Shown: in pieces, positions 27,498 to 37,662 of the stretch | Layout of the letters: each line of letters starts with the position of its first letter | How positions within the stretch are numbered: position 1 is the first letter of the stretch | Assembly: GCA_029858565.1 (NCBI GenBank) | Contig: JAOUEV010000002.1 | Span: 119,873-183,872, forward strand | Direction of reading: 5' to 3' | Length of the DNA: 64,000 nucleotides | From: Nitrospirota bacterium | GTDB lineage: Bacteria; Nitrospirota; UBA9217 | The notes under the pieces: model-generated | Seen by the model: the letters and a program-made list of their open reading frames with translations, nothing else | Database searches by the model: none | Told to the model about the DNA's origin: nothing | Translations under genes and position numbers: made by a program

Positions 27498-29462
27498 ATG
27501 CTGCGGCTGGCAATGGATAGGAACCTGCACCGCCTTGCCCTCGTCATGCTCTTCATGGTGATCGGTCTCGCCCTGTACGGGCAGGTCATCCTGCACGGTG
27601 AGTTCCTGTTCGACGATTTCGAGTATATTGTCAACAATCCGATGATCGCCGATGTCCTTTCGCGCGGCAGCATGAGCGATCCGCGGTACGTCGGGTATCT
27701 CAGTTTCTCGCTCAATCATGCCGTTGCCGGCGAGGACCCCGTGGGGTTTCACCTGTTCAACGTCCTGGTGCACATAGCCAACAGCCTGCTGGTCTTTGCC
27801 GTGGCCGGCCAGTTGTTCAACATCCTCAGCGGGTTTGCCGTACCCACGCGGATGACCCGTCAGGCAGCGTTTCTGGCAGCCCTCTTGTTCCTCGTCCATC
27901 CGGTGCAGACACAGGCGGTTTCCTACATCACCCAGCGATTTACCTCGCTTGCGACGTTCTTCTACCTCCTGACAACGTGGCTGTATCTGAGCGCCCGCAT
28001 TCGCCTTGAGCGGTACGAAGGTTCCGGAAGGGCACATGCTTTCTATGCGCTGTCGGTCCTCAGCGCCGTGCTGGCCATGAAGACCAAGGAGATCGCCTTC
28101 ACGATCCCCTTCATGCTTCTGCTCTTCGAGGCATTGGTGCTGAATCCGTCGAAGCTCCACCACCGGAAGCGGTTTCTCTATCTTGCCCCCTTTGCCGCAG
28201 CATGTCTCATCATCCCGCTCTCGCTCCTCGGTCCGGACCTGGGGATCAGCAGGCCGGACGACGGCATCGCCGAGGTCACGCGGGCGGCGAAACTCCATGA
28301 TCTGACCAGCTATCCAGTGCTTCCGTACTTTTTCACGCAGATCCGCGTTGTCGTCGTATATATTAGGACACTCCTCCTGCCCGTCGGGCTCCGTGCGGTG
28401 TATGATCTCCCGATCTCCTATACCTTCTGGGACGCCAGGGTCATCGCGTCCTGCATGCTGCTCCTGACGCTTGCCGGCGGCGCGTTCTTCCTGTGGAGGA
28501 AAGGCTCCGCTGCCGGAAAGGGGGGTGAGTCATCGCTGGCCGCCCGGATGATCGCGCTTGGCATCTTCTGGTTCTTCATCGCCCTTTCGGTGGAGTCATC
28601 GGTCATCCCGATCAAGGACATCATCTTTGAGCATCGCATCTACCTGCCCAGCGTCGGATTCCTCATGGCCGGCGCCACCCTGCTCAGCCATATGAGCGAA
28701 CGGCTCCTCCGGTCACGGGGACGCCTCCTGACGGTCGGGGCGCCGGTCGTGCTCCTGGCGGTGCCGCTGGCGACAGGGACGTACGTGAGGAACGAGGTCT
28801 GGACCGATGAACTGAAGCTGTGGCAGGATGTTGTGCAGAAGTCACCGGCGAAGGCCATCGGCTACAACAATCGCGGCGTCTCGTATGCAAAGCGGGGTGC
28901 GTTCGAATCGGCCCTGGAGGACCTCACGAAGGCCATCAGTTTCTATCCAAAGAACATCAATGAGCGGGCGAAATGGGAGAATGCGGACCTGAATGCCGAG
29001 AACCTGGCCCGGGTCCTAAGCTCCCGGGGAGACGTCAACATCGCCCTTGGCAACTATGAACAGGCGCGGGAAGACTTCCGGAAGGCGAAGCAACTTGCCT
29101 CCATGCCTGTTGACGTGGACTCCCTGCTCAGGCTCGCCGACGGGTATGCAAAACGCGGGGCGTATAAGCACGCGATCGAGGAATATAATAAGATCCTGCA
29201 GTGGAACCCGGAACATATCGAATCGCTGAACGACCGGGCAAATGCCTATTCCTATCTCGGACGCTACGATGAAGCGGTCAATGACTTCACGAGGATCATT
29301 GCCCTTGACCCGGACTTTATCCTTGCCTATCATAACCGGGGCATTGCGCTGTCATGGACCGGAAAGAGCGAACGGGCGATCCGGGATTTCGAGCACGCGT
29401 GCACGAGGGGGTTTCGCCCGTCCTGCGAGAGCATTGAGGTTGCGCGTCAGGGCGGCAGGTAG
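27498..29462 (+). CDS. TMTC-like GT-C protein O-glycosyltransferase with TPRs (1)
   Basis: FDD..YIVNNP, FHLFNVLVH..N, FLVHPVQTQAVSYITQR, KTKE, FEHRIYLPS, RNEVW, TPR tail. Confidence 0.85.
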   Translation: MLRLAMDRNLHRLALVMLFMVIGLALYGQVILHGEFLFDDFEYIVNNPMIADVLSRGSMSDPRYVGYLSFSLNHAVAGEDPVGFHLFNVLVHIANSLLVFAVAGQLFNILSGFAVPTRMTRQAAFLAALLFLVHPVQTQAVSYITQRFTSLATFFYLLTTWLYLSARIRLERYEGSGRAHAFYALSVLSAVLAMKTKEIAFTIPFMLLLFEALVLNPSKLHHRKRFLYLAPFAAACLIIPLSLLGPDLGISRPDDGIAEVTRAAKLHDLTSYPVLPYFFTQIRVVVVYIRTLLLPVGLRAVYDLPISYTFWDARVIASCMLLLTLAGGAFFLWRKGSAAGKGGESSLAARMIALGIFWFFIALSVESSVIPIKDIIFEHRIYLPSVGFLMAGATLLSHMSERLLRSRGRLLTVGAPVVLLAVPLATGTYVRNEVWTDELKLWQDVVQKSPAKAIGYNNRGVSYAKRGAFESALEDLTKAISFYPKNINERAKWENADLNAENLARVLSSRGDVNIALGNYEQAREDFRKAKQLASMPVDVDSLLRLADGYAKRGAYKHAIEEYNKILQWNPEHIESLNDRANAYSYLGRYDEAVNDFTRIIALDPDFILAYHNRGIALSWTGKSERAIRDFEHACTRGFRPSCESIEVARQGGR

Positions 29463-29594
29463 AGGGCTTTAATAGATTGCGGGGGCCACCAGGGCCTGGA
29501 CGGCCTTTACCACGGCCTCCAGACGTGACCGGAGGCGATCTCGTCGCGTCGCATCCCTCGGAGATGCGGCCGGGAAGGAATTGGGAAGACGCAC

Positions 29595-31571
29595 ATGCAA
29601 GGAACGAATAAGGGCCGCTACCTGCGTAGCCACCCGACCGTGGGCGTTATAGTCCTTTACGCGGTGGTCGGCTTCATCCTGTATTTTCAGGTGATCAGTG
29701 AGGCGGGGTTCGTGTTCGATGATCTCGAGTATATTGTCGACAACCCGATCCTGTTCGATCTACCGTCGTTGCTCAGGAACTTCAGCGATCCCCGGCAGAT
29801 CGGCTATCTGTCCTTTGCCATCAACTATCTGGTCGGCGGGACGGATCCGCTGGGGTACCACCTGGTCAATGTGGTGATCCATATTGCGAACGCCGTGCTC
29901 GTGTTCTTTCTGGTGAGCAGGCTGCTGGCCTTGGCGGGATGGAGCCGGGAGCAGCTCGGCTCCAGGACCCTGTTCACGCTCCCTGCGGCTGCGGGGCTGC
30001 TCTTTCTCGTCCATCCGCTCCAGACCCAGGCCGTGTCCTATGTGACCCAGCGCTTCACGTCGCTGGCCGTGCTCTTCTATCTCCTTTCCGTCGTGCTGTA
30101 CCTGGAGGCGCGAGCGAGGATGGACGGATCAGGCCAACGGACCCGGGGCATGACGCTGTACTGGCTGGCGGTCCTGAGCGCCCTGCTGGCCATGAAGGTC
30201 AAGGAGATATCCTTCACCCTTCCGCTCGTGATCCTGGCCGTAGAGATCCTCCTGATCGGCGGATACCCGGTGCGGGCGAAGTCGATCTATCTCGTCGTCC
30301 CGTTCCTGGCGACCATGGTCATCATTCCACTTTCGATCATCGGACCGGAATGGGGGTTGATCGAACGGAGCGTCGGGGTGGCGGAATCGACCCGCGCGCT
30401 CAAGATCATCGATCTGACCACGCGCTCTCCGCTCGAGTATTTCGCCACCCAGATGCGGGTGCTGGTCATCTACCTTCGGCTGCTATTCCTTCCCTATTCA
30501 CAGAGCGTGGTGTACGAGATCACGGCATCGAGAAGCCTCTGGGAGCCGAAGGTCCTGCTCTCGCTCTTCCTGCACCTCAGCCTGTGTGCGGGCGCGGTGG
30601 TCCTCTGGTTCCGGTCGAGTCGCGAAGGGATTTCACGGGCTCCTTTGCTGCGGCTTGCGGCGCTCGGGATCGGCTGGTTCTATGTGACCGCGTCAGTCGA
30701 GTCCTCGGTGATCCCCATCAAGGACCTGATCTTCGAGCATCGCGCCTACCTTCCCGGCGTCGGGATCCTGATGGCGGTGTGTTCGGCCGCGCTGCTCCTT
30801 GCCGGCACGGGTGATGAACGCCGGCTGGCCGCCCGCTTCCCCATCGCCGTGCTGGCGGTCGTGGTGGTGTTTGGCGGCGCCACGATCGCCAGGAACAAGG
30901 TGTGGCTCAACGAACTCGTCCTGTGGGACGATGTCATCGTAAAAGCCCCCAACAAGGCGATCGGCTACAATAACCGGGGTAATGCGCTGAAAGGTCTCGG
31001 ACGGCTAGAGGAGGCGATCCAGGACATCAACACCACGATCCGCATCGTTGAAAAGACCATCGGCCGTCCGCTCGCCTGGGAAGAGGCGGATTACACGCAG
31101 GAGAACCTGGCGAAAACCTACCTTGGCAGGGCGGAGATCCATCGGGCGCTGGGGGATTACGAACAGGCCGATGCCGACATGCGCACCGCGAAGTTCATGA
31201 TGATGAGCACGACGCCGATCCCGCTCGAGCAGGAGCGCGCGCGGGCCGCTTCGCTCTTTGAGCAAGGGGCCTATGCGGAGGCGGTGCAGGTCTACTCCAC
31301 CATCCTGGCGTGGTTCCCTGATGACCTCGACGCCATCATCGGCAGGGCGAATGCTTTCGCCGGACGGGGGACGTACGACAACGCCCTGCATGATCTCGAT
31401 GCAGCTGTCCGGCGCCATCCGGGCTCGCCCGTGCCGCTCTACTATCGAGGGATCACGTACCTGCGCATGGGGAAGCGGGAAGCAGCGGCAGCGGACCTGG
31501 AGCGTTCGTGTACCATGGGCTATCCGCCTGCCTGCGAAGGCAGGGCCACCATCCGGCAGGGAGAGCGGTGA
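29595..31571 (+). CDS. TMTC-like GT-C protein O-glycosyltransferase with TPRs (2)
   Basis: FDD..YIVDNP, YHLVNVVIH, HPLQTQAVSYVTQR, KVKE, FEHRAYLP; close paralog of 27498-29462. Confidence 0.85.
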   Translation: MQGTNKGRYLRSHPTVGVIVLYAVVGFILYFQVISEAGFVFDDLEYIVDNPILFDLPSLLRNFSDPRQIGYLSFAINYLVGGTDPLGYHLVNVVIHIANAVLVFFLVSRLLALAGWSREQLGSRTLFTLPAAAGLLFLVHPLQTQAVSYVTQRFTSLAVLFYLLSVVLYLEARARMDGSGQRTRGMTLYWLAVLSALLAMKVKEISFTLPLVILAVEILLIGGYPVRAKSIYLVVPFLATMVIIPLSIIGPEWGLIERSVGVAESTRALKIIDLTTRSPLEYFATQMRVLVIYLRLLFLPYSQSVVYEITASRSLWEPKVLLSLFLHLSLCAGAVVLWFRSSREGISRAPLLRLAALGIGWFYVTASVESSVIPIKDLIFEHRAYLPGVGILMAVCSAALLLAGTGDERRLAARFPIAVLAVVVVFGGATIARNKVWLNELVLWDDVIVKAPNKAIGYNNRGNALKGLGRLEEAIQDINTTIRIVEKTIGRPLAWEEADYTQENLAKTYLGRAEIHRALGDYEQADADMRTAKFMMMSTTPIPLEQERARAASLFEQGAYAEAVQVYSTILAWFPDDLDAIIGRANAFAGRGTYDNALHDLDAAVRRHPGSPVPLYYRGITYLRMGKREAAAADLERSCTMGYPPACEGRATIRQGER

Positions 31572-31632
31572 GCGGATTATAAGATCGCGCGCCTGCGCCG
31601 GCGGTCCTGACCGGCCAGGGAGGAGGAACAGT

Positions 31633-32562
31633 ATGGCAAAGGTCCTTATTATCAAGCTTGGCTACTCCGAGACCATTGATCCCGAGATCAGCAGGACATC
31701 CAGCCTCGGCGATGTTCTGCGGACCACGGTGATCCTCTATCCCTTCAAGGACAACCATGTCACCTGGCTCGTGGACCAGGCTGCCTATCCGCTGCTCGAG
31801 GGCAATCCCTTCATTAAGCGCATACTGGTCTTCGATCTGGCCACGGTCCTGCAACTCCAGCGGGAGAAGTTCGATACGGTGATCAACCTGGAGAAAGTGC
31901 CGGGTGTGTGCGCGTTGGCTGATTCGATCTCGGCCTGGAGGCGGTATGGCTTCCGGTTCGATGAGCTCAAGGGCGAGGCGGAGGCTTACGACCGCTGCGA
32001 ATATATCTTCGACCTCTGCAAGGACTCGGAGCTCAAGAAGGCTCATAAAGGGAGTTGGCAGCAGATGCTGCTGGAGGTCGTGGGCGCGAAGTGGGATGGC
32101 CAGGAATACGTGCTCGGCTACAAGCCGAAGACGCAGGAAACCTATGATGTGGGGCTGAACTGGGCGGTCGGGTCCAAGTGGCCGAACAAGGCCTGGCCCA
32201 AGGAGAACTGGGAAGCGCTCAAGAAGCTCATGGAGGGGAAGTATTCCTACTCCATGCAGCAAGGGCTTGACAGCCTGCACAAGTATATGGACTGGATCAA
32301 CTCCTGCCGCCTGCTCGTGACCAATGACAGTCTCGGGCTCCATATCGCCCTTGCGCTCAGGAAAAAAGTGGTGGTTCTGTACGGTCCCACGAATCCGAAC
32401 GAGACCTACTTCTATGGACGGGGAGAGGTCCTATATCCTTCCGTTGACTATGACTGCGTTCCCTGTCTTGCTCCGGAGTGCACCCAACCACAGGTCTGCA
32501 TGCAGTTCATCCGGCCTGAAGATGTCATACAACGGATAGATCTGCTGCTGAAAGTGAAATGA
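31633..32562 (+). CDS. Glycosyltransferase family 9 (ADP-heptose transferase-like)
   Basis: SSLGDVL.TT, K.WP...W, VTNDSLGLHIALAL...VVVLYGPT, C-terminal CxPC; AGGAGG RBS before 31633. Confidence 0.85.
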   Translation: MAKVLIIKLGYSETIDPEISRTSSLGDVLRTTVILYPFKDNHVTWLVDQAAYPLLEGNPFIKRILVFDLATVLQLQREKFDTVINLEKVPGVCALADSISAWRRYGFRFDELKGEAEAYDRCEYIFDLCKDSELKKAHKGSWQQMLLEVVGAKWDGQEYVLGYKPKTQETYDVGLNWAVGSKWPNKAWPKENWEALKKLMEGKYSYSMQQGLDSLHKYMDWINSCRLLVTNDSLGLHIALALRKKVVVLYGPTNPNETYFYGRGEVLYPSVDYDCVPCLAPECTQPQVCMQFIRPEDVIQRIDLLLKVK

Positions 32563-34538
32563 TGCAGGATACCGACCATTCATCCCCGGCGGAGGGGAGG
32601 GCGTATCTGGGCGACACGAGGAGGATGAGTCCGCTTATCCGGTACAGCGGGTTCATCGCTCCGCTACTGATACTGGCAGCGGTCTTCCTGGTATACTCAA
32701 ATACGCTGCACGGACAGTTTCTCCTTGATGAACGGGTCTATCTCCTGGAGAACCCCTTCGTGACTGAGGCGGATGCCACCTTGCGAAGCCTGCCGCCGGG
32801 AGGGGAACTGTACAAGTCGGTCGTTCAGCGATATATCGGCTATCTTACTTTCACGCTCAACCATCGCCTCCATGGGTTTCAGGTCGAAGGGTATCACATC
32901 GTCAACGTGACGATCCACTTTCTCAACAGTCTCCTTGTCTATTTTGTCGTACTTTTGACCTTTCGCGCCCCCCGGCTTGCAGATTCTGCCCTGCACGGTC
33001 ACGCGGGCATAACGGCATTCATGACCGCGATGCTCTTTGCCGTGCATCCGGTGCATACCGAGGCAGTCACGTACGTCATGCAGCGGTTTGCCTCACTTGC
33101 AGCGTTCTTTTCGCTCGTGGCACTGCTCTGCTACATTCAGTGGCGGCTTGCGGGAGGAGACGGGGGCCGGGATCAACGGCGCATATGGTGGTACGCAGGC
33201 TCCCTACTGTCATGCGTTCTCGCCATGAAGACGAAGGAGAACACGCTGCTCTTGCCGATCGCTATCGTACTCTATGAGGCGATCATTTTCCGGGGCGATG
33301 CGAGACGACGGGTGATAGGCCTGCTGCCGATATTGACGACGATGCTGATCATCCCCCTGACGGCAGTCTTCCTCGCGCGGGACGGCGCAGGGATGCCTAT
33401 CTCAGAGATGGCGGCCGGCGGATCCGCAACGGTTCCCTGGCGGACCTATCTGATCACACAGGTCCGGGCTCTCATTACCTACTATCGGCTTCTCATCGCG
33501 CCGGTACGCCAGAATTTTCTCTATAACTATCCGATCTACGATTCGTTCGGTCATCCTGAGGTCGTTCTCTCGGCGATCCTTCACGCCTGTGTGATTTCGG
33601 GAGGGGTCTTCATTCTTGCCAGGCCGCACCGCTTCGATCCGGCACTGAGGACCATCTCCTTCGGGATCTTCTGGTTCTATTTGATGCTCTTTGTGGAATC
33701 AGGTATGATCCCGCTTCCGATCATGCTCTGCGAATATCGGCTCTACTTACCGTCGGTCGGTTTCTTCCTTGCTACAATGACCGCTGTCCAACTCGTATTC
33801 GTGAAGGTCCGCTCGCGGAGCGTGCTGCTGGCGGGGGCGGTCGTTATTCTCGTCCTGCTGCTGGCAGCGGCTGCTGTCGCGTATCGCCGGAATGCATTGC
33901 TGAGCGACCATGTCGCGCTCTGGGAGGATACCGTCCGGAAGAGCCCGAATAGTGCGAAAGCGCACACGAATCTTGGAACAATGTATCTAGAACAGGACCG
34001 CCTCGACGAGGCATTGGATCAGTTCCAGACTGTCTTGCGCATTGATCCCGGCGGGTATCGCAGCCGTCGGAACATTATCATCACCTATGTCCGTCAGGGC
34101 AGGTTCGAAGACGCGGCTGACGAGTTCAGAAAGACCCTCAGTGACGGTGTGGACGCAGTCCAGGCGCACAAGCGCCTGGGCGACCTCTACATGGAGAACG
34201 GCGCTATCAAACAGGCGAGCGAGGAATATCAGATTGCGCTCCGCCAGGAGCCGAACAACATTGAGATCCGCTATGATCTCGGCAACGCCTTCGCCCAGCT
34301 TGGGAGCCGAGAGGGAGCGATAGCCGCATACCAGGAAGTGATCAGGCAGGTGCCCGGCCATAGCGAGGCACGGAACAATCTTGCCGGTGTATATGCGCAG
34401 CTTGGGCGCTATGATGATGCCCTTCGTGAGCTTCAACACGTGCTGGACCGAAATCCCAAGGATGAGAACACACGGTACAACGTCAAGATAGTTCTGGAAC
34501 AACTCGAGCAGGATCGCGGTCACGCAACCGATCGATGA
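32559..34538 (+). CDS. TMTC-like GT-C protein O-glycosyltransferase with TPRs (3)
   Basis: LDE..Y..ENP, YHIVNVTIH, FAVHPVHTEAVTYVMQR, KTKE, EYRLYLPS, multiple TPRs. Confidence 0.85.
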   Translation: MMQDTDHSSPAEGRAYLGDTRRMSPLIRYSGFIAPLLILAAVFLVYSNTLHGQFLLDERVYLLENPFVTEADATLRSLPPGGELYKSVVQRYIGYLTFTLNHRLHGFQVEGYHIVNVTIHFLNSLLVYFVVLLTFRAPRLADSALHGHAGITAFMTAMLFAVHPVHTEAVTYVMQRFASLAAFFSLVALLCYIQWRLAGGDGGRDQRRIWWYAGSLLSCVLAMKTKENTLLLPIAIVLYEAIIFRGDARRRVIGLLPILTTMLIIPLTAVFLARDGAGMPISEMAAGGSATVPWRTYLITQVRALITYYRLLIAPVRQNFLYNYPIYDSFGHPEVVLSAILHACVISGGVFILARPHRFDPALRTISFGIFWFYLMLFVESGMIPLPIMLCEYRLYLPSVGFFLATMTAVQLVFVKVRSRSVLLAGAVVILVLLLAAAAVAYRRNALLSDHVALWEDTVRKSPNSAKAHTNLGTMYLEQDRLDEALDQFQTVLRIDPGGYRSRRNIIITYVRQGRFEDAADEFRKTLSDGVDAVQAHKRLGDLYMENGAIKQASEEYQIALRQEPNNIEIRYDLGNAFAQLGSREGAIAAYQEVIRQVPGHSEARNNLAGVYAQLGRYDDALRELQHVLDRNPKDENTRYNVKIVLEQLEQDRGHATDR

Positions 34539-34548
34539 TGACAACAGC

Positions 34549-35931
34549 ATGAACATCGCGCTAATCATCCCGCCTTCGCCGGGCAGGACAAACATCATCA
34601 GGATGATCGACTGCAGCCATGAGGCGAAGGCGAACTATCTCTGGCAGCCGAATGACTTCATGATCATCACCTCCCGGGCCGAGCCCGATGACGACGTGCA
34701 GTTCGTCGACGGCACGGCTGATGCGCTGGATAACGACCAGTTCCTGGAACTGATCGATGCTGTCCGGGGGGATCTTGTGATCATCGCGCTCTCCAGCGTG
34801 TGCTGGGAGTCCGACTACGCCTATTTTCTGAAGGTCAAAGAGCGGTTCGCGGCGATACCACTCTATGTGCTGGGCGACATCTTCCTTGAGGAGGCTTATC
34901 GTCGACACATCCTCGAACACTGTGACGGGATCATTGTCAATCCTTACGTGCTGGACCTGCGGTCCCTCGCGACGCAGCGAAAGGACAGGACCGGGAGACT
35001 TTCGGGAGTCTGTATCACGGCCGATGGCCCGTTGTTTCCCGAAGGCAAGCGGGCGGTTGCCGTTACTAGCAGCCCCCCGCGTCACGAGCTGTTCCAGAAG
35101 ACCGGCTACCGATTTCCTTTCGCAATGCATGTCCGCTTCACGACGGTTACCACCATGTGGGGCTGCCCCTTCACCTGCACATACTGCTCGGACTCGAAAT
35201 TCCCCCCTATCCTACGGTCCTACGAGGATGTTCTACGCGAGCTCGTCCATGTCGCGAATCTCGGCATCCGAGAGATTTTCTTCGCGGACAAGGTCTTCGG
35301 ATTCAACCGGAAGAGCATTGATCCGTTGCTCGCGACAATGCGCGAGCGGTTTTCCTTCTCCTGGAGCTGTTATTTCCATCCGCAGCTCTGTGATCGGAAC
35401 CTCCTCCAGGACATGAAGGCGGCCGGCTGCCACACGATTATCATCGGCGTAGATTCGGCCGATGTCCGCTCGCTGAAACGATATCGCCGCTACACAGAGA
35501 GGGAGCAGGTCGAACGCGTCATAGCGGAAGCAAACGATCTGCGGATCGATGTTTGTGCGGACTTCATCCTAGGGCTGGAGCATGAAGACGAAGCGGACAT
35601 CCTTCGCACGATCGAATATGCCCTTGAAATTCCAATCGATTTCGCATCGTTCAATATTGCCGCGCCACTGCCCGGGTCGGATATCAGGCGGTCGATGAAT
35701 GAGGCGGGGGTCTTGAAGTTCGGCAGGGAAGGCTTCGATACCTGTGGACGGTCGGGGATCCTGGGCAACAGGAACATCACTGCGAGACGCCTGCGCGAAC
35801 TGCGGAAAACTGCGTTCCGCCGTTTCTACCTGCGGCCATCCTATCTTCTGCGACGACTTCGGCGGACGAGGTCGGTGGAACATCTGCTAATCCAGGTGCA
35901 GGAAATGATCTCGATGATCCGGAAGATCTGA
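34549..35931 (+). CDS. Cobalamin-binding-type radical SAM enzyme (divergent N-terminal domain)
   Basis: WGCPFTCTYC, FFAD, MKAAGC, FILGL, APLPGS, FYLRP. Confidence 0.8.
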   Translation: MNIALIIPPSPGRTNIIRMIDCSHEAKANYLWQPNDFMIITSRAEPDDDVQFVDGTADALDNDQFLELIDAVRGDLVIIALSSVCWESDYAYFLKVKERFAAIPLYVLGDIFLEEAYRRHILEHCDGIIVNPYVLDLRSLATQRKDRTGRLSGVCITADGPLFPEGKRAVAVTSSPPRHELFQKTGYRFPFAMHVRFTTVTTMWGCPFTCTYCSDSKFPPILRSYEDVLRELVHVANLGIREIFFADKVFGFNRKSIDPLLATMRERFSFSWSCYFHPQLCDRNLLQDMKAAGCHTIIIGVDSADVRSLKRYRRYTEREQVERVIAEANDLRIDVCADFILGLEHEDEADILRTIEYALEIPIDFASFNIAAPLPGSDIRRSMNEAGVLKFGREGFDTCGRSGILGNRNITARRLRELRKTAFRRFYLRPSYLLRRLRRTRSVEHLLIQVQEMISMIRKI

Positions 35932-35982
35932 CGACGGACAGCCGACTAGGATCCCCTACCGCTAGCCGACAGGAAGACAACG

Positions 35983-37461
35983 ATGAAGGATGAACGGACC
36001 GTACTGCTGATTAATCCCTGCTACGACAAAAGCGATATGCTGGGCCCCTTTGCACGCTATATTTCTTCCCAGCTCCCGCTGTCGCTCGGACTGCTTGCCG
36101 GCTATTTGCTGGAAAGAGGGATTCCCGTTGAGATTGTTGACGAACAGTTGCGGCAGGCCGACGGCCAGCACTTGCGCGCTCTCCTTGATACGGGGGCAGT
36201 CCGCGTCGTCGGGATCTCGGTTCTCACCCTGACCTCAGCACGGGCATATGAGCTAGGAGCCCTGATCAAGCGTTTGTGGCCGCAGATAACCGTTGTCATG
36301 GGCGGTGTTCATGTCACGCTTCTGCCCGAAGAGCCCCTCGCCAGGGGGGCTGCAGACATTGTGGTGAGAAATGAGGGCGAGGTCACCTTTTATGAGATCG
36401 TCAGCCGAATCCACGCTGGTAGCCCGTACGGCGATGTTGTGGGGGTCTCCTACGTGCGGGAAGGAAAGGTCGTTCATAATCCGGAGCGGACGCCCGTGGA
36501 CGAGCTCGACAAGCTTCCTGTCTTCCCCTATCACCTTTTTGAGGAGAATAGTGCACGATACCAATTTGGCAATATGCTGACATCACGCGGATGTCCCTAC
36601 GAATGCATCTTTTGCTCCCAGCGGGCGATAAGCGGTCGCCGATACCGCGTTCAATCTCCTGAGCGGACCTTTCGGGAGCTTGAGCGGCTTGTGTTCCACT
36701 ATGGTCAGAGGTTCATTTTCATCAATGATGATAATTTCCTGGTACAACCGCAAAAGGTGCGTAGATTGTGCGAACTGATCATTCGACGGGGATTTCCTGA
36801 CGATGTCAGGATCGGATTCAACGGGCGGGGCGATTCGCTGGACCCAGACCTGCTCCGGGACATGCGAGCAGCCCGTTTTTCTTTCATACTTATCGGTTTT
36901 GAGACCGGTTCCGAACGGCTGATGAGCATGGTAAAGAAGGGTGAGACGGTCAGCCAGATCGCTGAGGGGGTCAGGGTGGCAAAAGAGGCCGGCTTCACCG
37001 TAGGCGGACAGTTTATCCTTGGTTTTCCGACAGAGACGCGGCGCGAGTCTTTCCGGACCATTTGGCATGCACTTCGGCTCCCTATTGATTTCGTCCGGTT
37101 CAATCTCCTGGTGCCGTATCCAGGGACCGAGGTGCACGCTATGGTGCGTCGAGAAAAGGATCGCCTGGCACACGACTGGACCGGCTATGCGACCCATGGG
37201 GGGCTCACGGGAAAGGGCGCGCCCTATGTTCCGGAGGGACGGTCTGCGCGGGAGCTGGTGTCCCTTCAGTGGATCGGCCATCTGCTCTTCTACCTCCGTC
37301 CCCGCCAGCTCCTGAACATGGGGAACATGCGGTATGCCACGGGCGGGCAGGTAATGGTGCCCGAGACCACCTCGCTGCGGGGTTGTCTTGAGTTTCTGGG
37401 ATTTGCCTTCCAGTTGCTCATGTACCTGGTCGTAGGTGCGGTACGGAGCAAAAAGCGCTGA
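35983..37461 (+). CDS. Cobalamin-binding radical SAM enzyme
   Basis: PLSLGLLAGYL, MGGVH, EGE, TSRGCPYECIFC, DDNF, GFETGS, PYPGT. Confidence 0.9.
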   Translation: MKDERTVLLINPCYDKSDMLGPFARYISSQLPLSLGLLAGYLLERGIPVEIVDEQLRQADGQHLRALLDTGAVRVVGISVLTLTSARAYELGALIKRLWPQITVVMGGVHVTLLPEEPLARGAADIVVRNEGEVTFYEIVSRIHAGSPYGDVVGVSYVREGKVVHNPERTPVDELDKLPVFPYHLFEENSARYQFGNMLTSRGCPYECIFCSQRAISGRRYRVQSPERTFRELERLVFHYGQRFIFINDDNFLVQPQKVRRLCELIIRRGFPDDVRIGFNGRGDSLDPDLLRDMRAARFSFILIGFETGSERLMSMVKKGETVSQIAEGVRVAKEAGFTVGGQFILGFPTETRRESFRTIWHALRLPIDFVRFNLLVPYPGTEVHAMVRREKDRLAHDWTGYATHGGLTGKGAPYVPEGRSARELVSLQWIGHLLFYLRPRQLLNMGNMRYATGGQVMVPETTSLRGCLEFLGFAFQLLMYLVVGAVRSKKR

Positions 37462-37662
37462 GAAGATCCGGGCGGGGAAGAAACAGGAGGCATCCCTTGT
37501 GTCCGGCCGTGCCTCTCCTCGTAGCCGGCGACACACTCGGGGCCGGTCACGGGCGAGCTGCAAAGGCTTGAGCGGTGCGAGTACTGGTTGAGGCATTGAA
37601 TGCAGCAAAATGCTAGTTGTGACATCGGCTGCTGATTCCTCCTCAAAGATCCCTGGAGAAAG

